Part shown: piece after piece, positions 48,843 to 58,598 of the stretch
How the letters are laid out: every line of letters begins with the position of its first letter
How positions within the stretch are numbered: the first letter of the stretch is position 1
NCBI GenBank assembly: GCA_013816855.1
Contig: JACDDT010000005.1
Span: forward strand, 2,345-66,344
Source of the DNA: Gemmatimonadaceae bacterium
GTDB taxonomy: Bacteria; Gemmatimonadota; Gemmatimonadetes; Gemmatimonadales; Gemmatimonadaceae
Length of the DNA stretch: 64,000 nucleotides
Reading direction: 5' to 3'
Notes under the pieces: generated by a model
Databases searched by the model: none
Told to the model about the DNA's origin: nothing
What the model saw: the letters and a program-made list of their open reading frames with translations, nothing else
Made by a program: the position numbers and the translations under genes

Positions 48843-50179
48843 CAGTGGATAAGCTCGCTCACCGCGTTACCGTTCGCTTGGTCTACGGAGAAGATGCCGT
48901 TCGTCGCATCAATTCTCACTGTTCCCGCGCGCGCGACGTCGGCGCCGAGCACCCCGTCGAGGGAGACGAGGGTGCGGTAAACGGGCGCGTAGATGAGGAG
49001 CTCGCGAAGGTAAAGCGGGTGATTGCGGACATCGACGCGAAGCTCATGCACGATTGGCGCCTGGAGAGATGCGATCCCGGCCAGCCCACCGATCTTTCTT
49101 GACTCATGCGTATTCGGCCTGAGCTCGAGCTTCTCGAAAAGTGTTTGGGTGCCAAAAGTTTCCTGCGCTCCGGTGTCGAGCCCGAAGTAGAGCGGCGTAC
49201 CGTCAGTGTAGAGGACACGTACCACAGGAACGCCCAGCCAAAACAGATTCCGCGAGGAGGGATCGCGATTACGCCGGCTCGCCGGCTCGCGAAGCCGCAC
49301 TTTCGATTCGTCGTAATCGATCTCCACGTCGATGCGATTGATAAGGTCGTAGCCGATGATGCCGTCGATCTTGGCAGGCGCCGCACGCGGAGCGCCGCCT
49401 GTCCGGTTGGTTTCGCGCATCTCCATGCTTCGCTCGTCGACGATCATCGCGGTCACGTTCCGCACGTTTATGGGGCCGAGCTCGATCTTGTCGATGATGG
49501 TCGGGCGCGCACGCACGCGACCCGTGTTCGTCACCATCTCCAACGTGTCGGAAATGAGAGGATTCATTCCAAGCGAGGCAGCGACGTCGGACGCGACGAT
49601 TGTGAGGCTCGAGCCGGTGTCGAGCCAGAAGTGGTACTCGTGCCCTTTGATGCGCACCGGAATCGTTGGCGTCTGCGCGATTGAAAGCGACATCGGTAGA
49701 ACCACAGGATGGCCGGGGAACTGGATAGTTTTCGGCGCGACGTTCTGGAAAGCTTTCGCCCATCGCTCGATTCCGGCGCGGTCTGCATCCCGGTTCGGTA
49801 CGATGAGCGGAGGCACCTGCGATAGCAGCGCCCACTTCTCCTCGTACTGAAGAACCGCCGAGTAGGCGACGCGCGCGCCGCCTCGCAATAAAGAGTCATC
49901 CGCCATTGTTTGCAGTGACGCGAAGCCGGCTTCCGCCAACTCGAGATTGCCTTCCATCATGTAGCGGAGGGAAAGCGCGAACAGCTGCTGCGAGAATGTG
50001 CGCGAGTACTTGAGTGCGTTTTCCGGCCGCAGCTCCGCCAGCGCGCCCCAATAATCCGCGTGCGCCGCCTCCCGCATCCCGATGCGATTCCCGGCGCAAT
50101 CGGTGCATAGAGCGAGTGTCATTGCTGCCGTCAGCCACGCTTTGAGCGGCAGCCGGACCACGCGGGAGAAAAGACGCAT
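48842..50179 (-). CDS. Secreted two-domain retropepsin-like aspartyl protease
   Basis: FWLDTGSS and FGLDTGAQ motifs; DGIIGYD and DGVLGAD; signal/lipoprotein-like N-terminus from ATG 50179. Confidence 0.82.
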   Translation of the reverse strand: MRLFSRVVRLPLKAWLTAAMTLALCTDCAGNRIGMREAAHADYWGALAELRPENALKYSRTFSQQLFALSLRYMMEGNLELAEAGFASLQTMADDSLLRGGARVAYSAVLQYEEKWALLSQVPPLIVPNRDADRAGIERWAKAFQNVAPKTIQFPGHPVVLPMSLSIAQTPTIPVRIKGHEYHFWLDTGSSLTIVASDVAASLGMNPLISDTLEMVTNTGRVRARPTIIDKIELGPINVRNVTAMIVDERSMEMRETNRTGGAPRAAPAKIDGIIGYDLINRIDVEIDYDESKVRLREPASRRNRDPSSRNLFWLGVPVVRVLYTDGTPLYFGLDTGAQETFGTQTLFEKLELRPNTHESRKIGGLAGIASLQAPIVHELRVDVRNHPLYLRELLIYAPVYRTLVSLDGVLGADVARAGTVRIDATNGIFSVDQANGNAVSELIH

Positions 50180-50200
50180 GAAACAAGGTAGGATTTGGAA

Positions 50201-50980
50201 TTGAACGCGCAACCACCGGCAGCGTCCGATGGTGCACGGGCACGCATCGGTTGTGCGGGATGGGCGCTAAGGCCCGAGCACGCCGGACATTTCCCGGCGG
50301 CCGGAACTCACCTTCAACGCTACGCGACGATTTTCAATGCGGTCGAGATCAACTCGTCGTTCCACCGTACCCACCGGCGCGCCACCTATGAAAAGTGGGC
50401 ATCGTCAGTTCCGGACGATTTTCGCTTTGCGGTCAAGCTTCCCAAGGAGATTACACACGTTAGTCGTTTAGTCGATGCGGGTGACCTTCTCGAGCGTTTC
50501 GCTGACGAGATCTCGGGGCTCGGCAAAAAACTTGGGCCGATTCTCGTGCAGCTCCCGCCAAAGTTCGAGTACAACGCCGGGCTGTCCCGGGATTTTATAG
50601 CCGGGTTTCGCGAACGCTTCTCCGGCGACATCGTGTGGGAGCCGCGGCACGCCACTTGGTTCACGCGCGGAGTGGAAACTCTGTTCAGCGAGCATCGCAT
50701 CGCGCGGGTAGCGGCCGATCCGGCGCGCGTACCGGAAGCTGCTGTTCCCGCCGGTTCCGCCGCGACAGTCTACTATCGCCTGCACGGCTCTCCACGGATC
50801 TACTACTCGAAATACACGAGCGAGTTCGTCGGCGGCCTCGCGGAACGCATTCGCGCCGCAACGGAAACCGGCAGCGAAGCCTGGTGTATATTCGACAACA
50901 GTGCCCTCGGCGCAGCGACGGAAGATGCGCTCGCGTTAAACCTCCTCCTCCAACAACCAGGCAGAGAACATGTCCGATGA
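50201..50980 (+). CDS. DUF72 (YecE/UPF0759) protein
   Basis: [46 protein letters not shown]; TTG 50201 favoured over 50195. Confidence 0.9.
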   Translation: MNAQPPAASDGARARIGCAGWALRPEHAGHFPAAGTHLQRYATIFNAVEINSSFHRTHRRATYEKWASSVPDDFRFAVKLPKEITHVSRLVDAGDLLERFADEISGLGKKLGPILVQLPPKFEYNAGLSRDFIAGFRERFSGDIVWEPRHATWFTRGVETLFSEHRIARVAADPARVPEAAVPAGSAATVYYRLHGSPRIYYSKYTSEFVGGLAERIRAATETGSEAWCIFDNSALGAATEDALALNLLLQQPGREHVR

Positions 50981-51365
50981 TAGGAAAGGCGCCGAAGACG
51001 AATGGCGCCGGAAGCTTACCCCCGAGCAGTTCCGCATCGCGCGCGAAAAAGGAACGGAGCGTGCGTTTACCGGGAAATACCATGACAGCACCGAGCCGGG
51101 CATCTACAAATGCGTCTGCTGCGGCACGCCGCTCTTCGATTCGGACGCGAAGTTTGATTCAGGGACCGGGTGGCCGAGCTTCACCGCGCCCGTCGACAGC
51201 GCAAACGTGAAGCTTGAAACCGATGCCTCGCACGGAATGAGGCGCACCGAGGTCATGTGCAACTCCTGCCACGCGCATCTAGGACACGTTTTCCCGGACG
51301 GGCCCGGACCGACCGGTCAAAGATTTTGCATCAACTCCGCTTCGCTGGACAAAGAATCGAAATGA
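50970..51365 (+). CDS. msrB: Peptide-methionine (R)-S-oxide reductase
   Basis: [42 protein letters not shown]. Confidence 0.96.
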   Translation: MSDDRKGAEDEWRRKLTPEQFRIAREKGTERAFTGKYHDSTEPGIYKCVCCGTPLFDSDAKFDSGTGWPSFTAPVDSANVKLETDASHGMRRTEVMCNSCHAHLGHVFPDGPGPTGQRFCINSASLDKESK

Positions 51366-51763
51366 AAGTTGGCCACGCAGCTGCTCTTGTCTCCGTTTTA
51401 GTTTTTTTCGCTGGCTGCACGAAGCCGCCCTCCGAGAAGGACGTCGTCGATTCAATGGTTTCGTGGATCGGAACGGGCGATATGGCGACGCAAGCGTGGC
51501 TCAATCACACTACGTTCGATAAGTACACACGCGAGATACTCGAGCTTTCATCCAAAAGGCTCGGCGATCAATCGGACCAACTGAAAGAAGTTGCCCCCGC
51601 GCATTCCGCTTCCCTCGATTCTGCCGCGACGAGCGCCAAGCGTGCCATGACGAGCATCGCCAGACTAGTCGCAGCGAACGATGCGCCGGATGTCCGGGCT
51701 CAGCTCGACTCCCTGCGCTCCGCCAAGAAGATCGTTCTCGCCGCAAGCGACAGCCTCGAATAG
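51362..51763 (+). CDS. Hypothetical helical lipoprotein
   Basis: Lipobox FAGC from ATG 51362 (ATGA overlap with msrB). Confidence 0.65.
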   Translation: MKVGHAAALVSVLVFFAGCTKPPSEKDVVDSMVSWIGTGDMATQAWLNHTTFDKYTREILELSSKRLGDQSDQLKEVAPAHSASLDSAATSAKRAMTSIARLVAANDAPDVRAQLDSLRSAKKIVLAASDSLE

Positions 51764-51768
51764 CAGCA

Positions 51769-52983
51769 ATGAAGAAAATCCTTCAGTTGGCGCTTGGCCT
51801 CCTCACAGGCATCGGCGGGTTTCTCGAGATCGGATCGATTACCACTGCGGCACAGGCCGGTGCTTCCTTCGGCTTCCAGCTCATTTGGGCGATCGCGCTG
51901 GGAACCATCTGCCTCGGGTTCCTCGTCGAAATGTCCGGGCGCCTCTCGGCAGTGAGCAAACAAACCGTTGTGGACGCGTTGCGCTCACGTTTTGGGTTTC
52001 GCTTTTACATCGTCGTGCTCGCGATTGTTGCTGCTGTCTCGTTCCTCGTGCTCATCGCCGAGCTTGGAGGCATCGCGCTCTCGCTGCAAATGCTCACCGG
52101 CGTCGGATTTCCCTGGTGGGTCGTTCCGGTTGCCTTCTTCATATGGGTGATGCTGTGGAAGCTGAAGCTCGACCTCGTCGAGAATGGTGCGTCGGCGCTT
52201 GGGCTCGTTACGATCTGCTTCGTGGTTGCGGCGTTCCGGCTTCACCCCCACTGGGGATCGGTCGCGCACTCGTTTGTGCCTTCGCTGCCGACCGATAACA
52301 GGGCGAAGTATGGATTCCTCGCGGTCAGCATCCTCGGTGCATCGATCACTCCTTATCTGATGTTCTTCTATTCGTCCGGAGCCGTCGAAGACGAGTGGGA
52401 CGAGAGCTACATACCCATCAACCGCTTTATTGCCGGCTCAGGCATGAGTGTGGGCGGCCTCTTCTCGATTGCGGTGCTCATTGCCGCGGCACTTACGCTA
52501 CGGCCGGCCGGAATAAACATCGAGAAGTTCGAGCAGAGCGCATTGCTTCTCACCGGCGCACTGCCGCGCTGGGGATTCGTTCTCTTCGCGCTTTCCCTGG
52601 CGTTCGGCTGTCTTGGCGCGGCGCTCGAGATCTCCCTCGCACTTTCTTATATGTTCGCTCAGGGACTGGGATGGAATTGGAGCGAGAACGAGCCCGCGCA
52701 GCGCGATGCCAGGTTCAGCCTACTCTATACCATAATGATCGCCCTCGCCGCGATTCCGCTTCTTTTCGGCGTCGATCCTATCCAGGTGACGATGATCTCG
52801 ATGGCCCTCACAGCCGCGTCACTTCCATTTTCGATCGTCCCGTTTCTCTTTCTCATGAATGATAAAGAGTTTTGCGGAGAGCACCGGAACGGGTGGGTCA
52901 GCAATTCGGTTGTCGTCATTGTCATCGTCATCGCGTTCGTGCTCTCCGTCATTGCCATCCCCCTCCAAGTGATGGGAGGCTAA
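51769..52983 (+). CDS. Nramp-related divalent cation transporter with divergent metal site
   Basis: About 11 TM; GGFLEIGS in place of DPGN; AQAGASFG; GASITPY in place of GATxMPH. Confidence 0.85.
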   Translation: MKKILQLALGLLTGIGGFLEIGSITTAAQAGASFGFQLIWAIALGTICLGFLVEMSGRLSAVSKQTVVDALRSRFGFRFYIVVLAIVAAVSFLVLIAELGGIALSLQMLTGVGFPWWVVPVAFFIWVMLWKLKLDLVENGASALGLVTICFVVAAFRLHPHWGSVAHSFVPSLPTDNRAKYGFLAVSILGASITPYLMFFYSSGAVEDEWDESYIPINRFIAGSGMSVGGLFSIAVLIAAALTLRPAGINIEKFEQSALLLTGALPRWGFVLFALSLAFGCLGAALEISLALSYMFAQGLGWNWSENEPAQRDARFSLLYTIMIALAAIPLLFGVDPIQVTMISMALTAASLPFSIVPFLFLMNDKEFCGEHRNGWVSNSVVVIVIVIAFVLSVIAIPLQVMGG

Positions 52984-53349
52984 GTGGATCTCGTCCGCGA
53001 CGTCCTCGACAAGCGCTTACTTGACCGCGACGACACAATCATTGGGCGCGTCGACGGACTCATCATCGAAGTTCACGGGGATTCGCAGCCGCGCGTGACC
53101 CACCTCTCCGTGGGCGGCCCCGCGGTTTTCGCGCGCATCGGCAACTGGGCTGCCTCACTCGCAAAGCTCCTCGGCGCGCATTGGGGTCCTAAGCGCGGAG
53201 CGCCGGTGCGCATAGCGTGGTCCGACATCGATCACTTTGGCCGCAATGTGAAGCTCACTATCTCCTGCGAAGACACTGAAGCCATGGCGTGGGAAGATTG
53301 GATTGGGGAGCACATCATCTCGAGGATTCCCGGGGGAGGCTCAAAATGA
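52984..53349 (+). CDS. PRC-barrel-like protein
   Basis: DVLDKRLLDRDDTIIGRVDGL...IAWSDIDHFG. Confidence 0.7.
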   Translation: MDLVRDVLDKRLLDRDDTIIGRVDGLIIEVHGDSQPRVTHLSVGGPAVFARIGNWAASLAKLLGAHWGPKRGAPVRIAWSDIDHFGRNVKLTISCEDTEAMAWEDWIGEHIISRIPGGGSK

Positions 53350-53657
53350 GCGAGATTCGCCTCGAGGTCCTCATCGGCCGAAAGGTGCACGACGCCAACG
53401 GGGAGAAAGTCGGCCGCATCGAGGAGGTGCGCGGTGAGAAGCGCGACAAAGACTTTCTCATCGAGTCTTATCTCGTCGGGGCGTCTGCGCTCATCGAACG
53501 ACTCGCCGCTTGGAAGCTCGCGCGACCCATACGAGGCGTGCTTCCCGGCTCGGTCTATTCGATTTACCGGATCCCTTGGGACGAGATGGACCTGAGCGAT
53601 CCACATCGGCCCCGGCTGCGTAAGGAAAAAGCGGAGCTTCGCCGCATTTCGAGATGA
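53346..53657 (+). CDS. PRC-barrel domain protein
   Basis: LIGRKVHDANGEKVGRIEEV...IPWDEMD; ATG 53346 with ATGA overlap. Confidence 0.75.
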   Translation: MSEIRLEVLIGRKVHDANGEKVGRIEEVRGEKRDKDFLIESYLVGASALIERLAAWKLARPIRGVLPGSVYSIYRIPWDEMDLSDPHRPRLRKEKAELRRISR

Positions 53658-55060
53658 TTCAAACTGTCAATCCGGCAAACGGTCAGGTCGTTCGCACATT
53701 CGATCCGCACACCGGCGCCGTGGTTGAGGAAAAGCTCGGGCTCGCGGCTAAGGCCTTTTGGCGGCTGCGCAAAATGTCGTTCGCCGATCGCGCTGAGCGT
53801 ATGCGATCCGCGGCTGCCATTCTCATCAGGGAGAAGCAAAGTCTTGGCGAGCTGATGACCCTCGAGATGGGAAAGCCGATCAAGGCAGCGATCGCGGAGG
53901 CGGAGAAATGCGCCAGCGCCTGCTCCTACTACGCAGACAATGCAGAGCGATTTCTAGCGGACAGAAAAATCGAAATCGAGAAAGTGAACGCGTGGGTCGC
54001 GTACCAGCCGCTCGGCGTGGTCCTCGCGGTGATGCCGTGGAATTTCCCGCTGTGGCAGGTTTTCCGGTTCGCCGCACCGGCTTTGATGGCGGGCAACGTT
54101 GGCGTGTTGAAGCACGCGTCAAATGTGCCGCAGTGCGCACTCGCTATTGAGGACATCTTCCGGCGCGCCGGTTTCGACGAAGGCTGCTTCCAGGCACTCT
54201 TGGTCGGATCCGAAGCTGTCGCGAAGATCATCGCTGATAAACGCATCGTCGCAGTCACTCTCACCGGAAGTGAGGGAGCGGGACGCTCCGTGGCGGAGCA
54301 GGCGGGGAAACATCTCAAGAAAACGGTGCTCGAGCTTGGGGGCAGCGATCCGTTCATCGTTATGCCGAGCTGCGATTTGGAATCCGCCGTTGCAACGGCG
54401 GTGACCGCGCGCATGATCAACAACGGACAATCGTGCATCGCCGCGAAGCGCTTCATTGTCCACGCGGATGTCTACGACCCGTTCGTTTCACGGTTTGCCG
54501 AAGCAGTACGAGCGATTCGTGTGGGCGATCCGATGGATGAGGCCAACGCAGTCGGGCCGCTCGCCACGTCCGCGATTCGCGATGAGCTGCACGAGCAGGT
54601 TAGGCGAACTGTTTCCGCGGGTGCGAAGATTTTGACGGGAGGCCGCTCGCTTCCCGGGGCCGGTTGGTACTACGAACCGACTGTGCTCACCGATATACCG
54701 GACGGATCGCCCGCCGCGAGCGAAGAGCTGTTCGGGCCGGTGGCTTCAGTGTTCCGCGCAAAGGACGTTCGTCACGCAATCGAGATCGCGAATTCAACGC
54801 GGTTCGGGCTGGGCGCTTCTGCCTGGACGAACGATGCAGCAGAGCGCGCGCTGTTCGTTCGCGAGATCGAAGCGGGCGTTGTCTTTATCAACGACATGGT
54901 TGCATCAGACACGCGACTGCCGTTCGGCGGCGTGAAGAGCTCGGGTTACGGGCGGGAGCTCTCGGATATCGGCATTCGGGAGTTCGTCAACGTAAAGACA
55001 GTACGAATCGTTGAGCCGCGAAACCAAGCCGCGAAGCGAGGCAGGGGACAAACCGAATAG
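53654..55060 (+). CDS. NAD(P)-dependent succinate-semialdehyde dehydrogenase-like (Sad/GabD1 type)
   Basis: [50 protein letters not shown]. Confidence 0.92.
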   Translation: MIQTVNPANGQVVRTFDPHTGAVVEEKLGLAAKAFWRLRKMSFADRAERMRSAAAILIREKQSLGELMTLEMGKPIKAAIAEAEKCASACSYYADNAERFLADRKIEIEKVNAWVAYQPLGVVLAVMPWNFPLWQVFRFAAPALMAGNVGVLKHASNVPQCALAIEDIFRRAGFDEGCFQALLVGSEAVAKIIADKRIVAVTLTGSEGAGRSVAEQAGKHLKKTVLELGGSDPFIVMPSCDLESAVATAVTARMINNGQSCIAAKRFIVHADVYDPFVSRFAEAVRAIRVGDPMDEANAVGPLATSAIRDELHEQVRRTVSAGAKILTGGRSLPGAGWYYEPTVLTDIPDGSPAASEELFGPVASVFRAKDVRHAIEIANSTRFGLGASAWTNDAAERALFVREIEAGVVFINDMVASDTRLPFGGVKSSGYGRELSDIGIREFVNVKTVRIVEPRNQAAKRGRGQTE

Positions 55061-55064
55061 CGCG

Positions 55065-55973
55065 CTACTGTTTCGGGTGATCCTTGAAGACGCTCCACAT
55101 CTCGTTCGTGGCGATCAGGTCACCGTGGTCGATGACCTTTCCAAATCCGTGGCGATCGCCTGACCATTTGTGAGTGAGATTGTTGACCGTCACGAAGACA
55201 ACCGCCGAGCTGTTGTCGCATCCGGAATAGATCTTCTCGACAACGTTTCCGTTGGCCCGCGATTTCTCGAGCGCGCCATCGCAGCCGTTTCTCCGGGCGA
55301 ACTCTTCCACTGACGCTGGCGCAGATAGGAAGCCCTCGTGATATGGAATGTCGCCGTCGCTCCCGTCGTAGGGGACGATATTATCTGCCTTGCCGTGAAT
55401 GGCGACGAGTGTCACCGGCGTCGGCCGGTTGCCTCCTGCGAAGTTCTTGCCGAGCAGTGCCGCGGACACGCCGATTCCCGCGAGCTTCTCCGGCATCGCC
55501 ACACCCAGGTGATACGCCATCATCCCGCCGTTCGAGTGACCTACGACGTAAATCCGGTTGGGAGCAACCGCGTAAAGTTTTTTCAGCGTATCGATGAGCT
55601 GACCGATGAACGCGACGTCACTGTTGTTGCCCGCTGCGTCGTCGAAAACTTGCCATCCCCGCGGGTCACCGCGCCCGTCCGGGAATGCGGCGATGAATGT
55701 CTCTTTGTCCGCCTTGTCGCTCATGCCGGTCGAGCGCTCGATCTTCACGCCAGAGGATCCGTGGCCGTGCAGCAGTATGACGAGCGGCATTGCACCGTGA
55801 CGATACCGGTACGATTTAGGAAGATGAAGACTGTAGTGGCGGACCTCGCCGTTCACGACGATGGTCTGCTCTGCGGTTCCGGGATTGGAGCCGGCAGCCG
55901 CGCAGCCTGCAATGAATATGCATCCGGCAGCCGCCATCATCATTCGTCGCGGCCGCGCTATAAACTCCCGCAC
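55065..55973 (-). CDS. Exported alpha/beta hydrolase, PHB-depolymerase/LpqC-like esterase
   Basis: LVILLHG, GHSNGG nucleophile, IHGKAD, HKWSG; lipobox AGC. Confidence 0.85.
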   Translation of the reverse strand: MREFIARPRRMMMAAAGCIFIAGCAAAGSNPGTAEQTIVVNGEVRHYSLHLPKSYRYRHGAMPLVILLHGHGSSGVKIERSTGMSDKADKETFIAAFPDGRGDPRGWQVFDDAAGNNSDVAFIGQLIDTLKKLYAVAPNRIYVVGHSNGGMMAYHLGVAMPEKLAGIGVSAALLGKNFAGGNRPTPVTLVAIHGKADNIVPYDGSDGDIPYHEGFLSAPASVEEFARRNGCDGALEKSRANGNVVEKIYSGCDNSSAVVFVTVNNLTHKWSGDRHGFGKVIDHGDLIATNEMWSVFKDHPKQ

Positions 55974-55983
55974 GTTCTACCGC

Positions 55984-56799
55984 TTAACCGCTGCAGCCGT
56001 CTACGCGGTGTGTATCGAGATGAAGAGTGCAAACGATCCCGCCGGATTCAATTCTCGCTTCAGCCGTTCCGTTGTATGTAGTCACCACTCTGCGATCGAC
56101 CGAGCGACGCTCTGTGCTCCGGCCCGTCGACGTCACGTTGTAGCTGACGACACGGACTGTCGCGCCGCGAAGAGGATAGCTGCCCGGCAACCGTGGCTGC
56201 GGGTAAACAACGGCCTTGAGCGAGTCGATCGATTTACCGGCGTAGCGTCGGGTGGACGAGAGATCGCGATGGGTGTTGGTGTCGGCACTTGTCCCAACTC
56301 CACTCCAACGCCGAGTCGTCTCGTCGCCGAGCAAGCCTCTCACTGTAATGTTTTGAGCGCGATGCACGACACCGCTGAACGTCGAATCCCGTGACACAAT
56401 CCCATTGATCTCGACCTTGAAATTCGCTGACGCAGTTTTCAGAGCGTCGAACATTTGCATCGGCTGGTTCGAGCTGTCACGGTAGGAATAGGATCGCACT
56501 ACCGTAAGCCCGCGCTCGAGAACCGGAGCGCAGGTCCAATCCGCCGACGCAAAACTGCACGTCGAGCCCTGCGGCTTATCCGGAGACAGCGATCTTGTAA
56601 TTCCAGTGATGCTGGCCGACCGCTCGAGTGCAGTGAGCTCGGCGGCGGTGGCTTCGCCCTCGCTGGTCGCGACGTCTCGGCTCACCTGCAGGTCGGTGAG
56701 CATCGTGTCCGGTGGGGCGTAGGCACGGTCGCTATTGCACGCGAGCGTCGCGGATGTGAGAAATGCGGCCAAGGCTACAGCGACTCGACGTGAAACCAT
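55984..56799 (-). CDS. Hypothetical lipoprotein
   Basis: Lipobox TLAC from ATG 56799 with GGAG RBS; beta-rich C-terminus. Confidence 0.65.
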   Translation of the reverse strand: MVSRRVAVALAAFLTSATLACNSDRAYAPPDTMLTDLQVSRDVATSEGEATAAELTALERSASITGITRSLSPDKPQGSTCSFASADWTCAPVLERGLTVVRSYSYRDSSNQPMQMFDALKTASANFKVEINGIVSRDSTFSGVVHRAQNITVRGLLGDETTRRWSGVGTSADTNTHRDLSSTRRYAGKSIDSLKAVVYPQPRLPGSYPLRGATVRVVSYNVTSTGRSTERRSVDRRVVTTYNGTAEARIESGGIVCTLHLDTHRVDGCSG

Positions 56800-56886
56800 C
56801 TCAGCTACACTCCGCGGTTGGGGCTTTTTGCCAAGGAAAAACTCCAATACTCAAGCTATCATCCTGACCGTATTTACGCCAGATGT

Positions 56887-58488
56887 TTATTGACGGAGAC
56901 GCGGATCTTCACGGTGGCGGCTGGCCTCGAGCCACGGCGAAAGAGACAGCGCAAAAACCACCTTTCTCTCCGTAACCCGGGAATGCAAGAAAGGGTACAT
57001 CGCGTCCAGTCTGATCGTTCCGCTTCCCGGGAGCCTTGGGATGACTAGTAAACCGACCCCCACTACGCCGACGGTGACGTGGTCAGTCTGTGAGAACGGA
57101 GATTTTCGCCGTAGGGACCCGGCGAAAAAACCGGCTACGTCCAAGGAGAAGGACTTGGTCAGATCGGTCACGTGACCGGTTTGCTGGACCGATGCCGCGT
57201 AGGCCTCTTCCGCAAAACGATACGGGCGCTTCACGGCAAACGCGGACACATCCAAGTTCGAAAGCGCCCGCACGTCTGGATCCGGATTGACCAACTTCTC
57301 GGCGAGAATGTGCGCCGACCAGACGCCATACCCCGCACGCTTGTATTTCGAATACGCGGCTCGCACATTCGCGGCGTCCCAATTATGGCGCCCGGCAATG
57401 AGATATCCACTTCCCCAGAGATCCAGCTGCGAAAGCTTCTCCGGATTGTGCATCCACATTTTGCCTGCCCAGCCGGTTAAAAATGTCGCGGGCTTGCTCG
57501 TGACCCCTTCGCGACCGGCACCGGCAAGCATTTCCCACTCGAACCCGATCGGAATGTCCACGAGAATCTGTTTTTCGATGAGCCACGATACTGTATCGAA
57601 CGCAGCCGCATGCCGGGACACCCCGGCCTTCAGCCCTTTATAGTCCCGTTTCACTAAATGCGGGCCGACGACCGGCGCTCTATCCGGCGCGTTCAACTCA
57701 GCACGCTCCGCATCGGCGCCAAAGAGGACACGATCTACGTGAACCGGCGAATTACCGTAACGGCGACCGCTAGAGGCCAACGCAGTTCGTCGATGAAATG
57801 ATTGAAAGGCCTTGTCAGGGTTGTCCTTAGAATCGCGAACATATCCGGAAACGATGAGCTCACCGCGCCAAGTGTCGAACACGCTGTGCTCCTGATTCCT
57901 GAATCGCGCGCGGAGATCGTTTCCGTCCGGGTAAATCGCCGCACGAAACTTTCCGGCGAGTGAGTTTCCCGGGAACCGGAAACTTTCGTATCCCACCGCA
58001 CCACCCAGCTTTCCCTCACGCAGCGCGAAGGAGAGACTGCCCGAATTTCCGCTGCCGAAAAGATCGTCTTCCTGAATTCCTACGAAAGAGGAAGTCGATT
58101 GCACACTAAGCTTCGGTTTCGTCGTCCACCGGTCCCGTGTGCGAACGACGAGATCCACGGCGCTGTTATTCGCGCAGGAAAATCCCTCGACCCCTGCTTC
58201 CGCGAGATACTGACGGTGCCGCAGCCGCCGGAGGGATTCAGCGACGCGCGAAGTGTCGATCGTTTGACCCGGCGCAAAAAGCAAATCGCGGCGAATTACC
58301 GACTCACGCGTAACGACGTGCACGCCGGAGAGCTTTCCCATTACACCGGGGAGGCGCGTGGGAGGCGCCGTCACTACGGTAATCGAATTGATCTCGCGTC
58401 CCGCCAGCTGAGCGAGACCGGTACGCGAGATGAGGGTATCACACGCCTGCGCGCCGCCCTCTTCAGACATCGCTGCAAACGCTAGCAA
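56887..58488 (-). CDS. Omp85/BamA-TamA-like protein (single POTRA plus barrel); signal peptide out of frame
   Basis: POTRA TRESVIRRDLLFAPG...ESLRRLR; LVVRTRDRWT; GIQEDDLFGSG; probable true start GTG 58559 across a frameshift at A7 58487-58493. Confidence 0.72.
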   Translation of the reverse strand: MLAFAAMSEEGGAQACDTLISRTGLAQLAGREINSITVVTAPPTRLPGVMGKLSGVHVVTRESVIRRDLLFAPGQTIDTSRVAESLRRLRHRQYLAEAGVEGFSCANNSAVDLVVRTRDRWTTKPKLSVQSTSSFVGIQEDDLFGSGNSGSLSFALREGKLGGAVGYESFRFPGNSLAGKFRAAIYPDGNDLRARFRNQEHSVFDTWRGELIVSGYVRDSKDNPDKAFQSFHRRTALASSGRRYGNSPVHVDRVLFGADAERAELNAPDRAPVVGPHLVKRDYKGLKAGVSRHAAAFDTVSWLIEKQILVDIPIGFEWEMLAGAGREGVTSKPATFLTGWAGKMWMHNPEKLSQLDLWGSGYLIAGRHNWDAANVRAAYSKYKRAGYGVWSAHILAEKLVNPDPDVRALSNLDVSAFAVKRPYRFAEEAYAASVQQTGHVTDLTKSFSLDVAGFFAGSLRRKSPFSQTDHVTVGVVGVGLLVIPRLPGSGTIRLDAMYPFLHSRVTERKVVFALSLSPWLEASRHREDPRLRQ

Positions 58489-58598
58489 AAAAACAGAAAC
58501 AAACCTGCGGCGCAGAAGCTGGCTCCAGGGAGGCGGACACGTAACCTGTTCGCCTGCACACCCTGACGCAACCGCCTGTTCAGCGTACAGTTTTTGAT

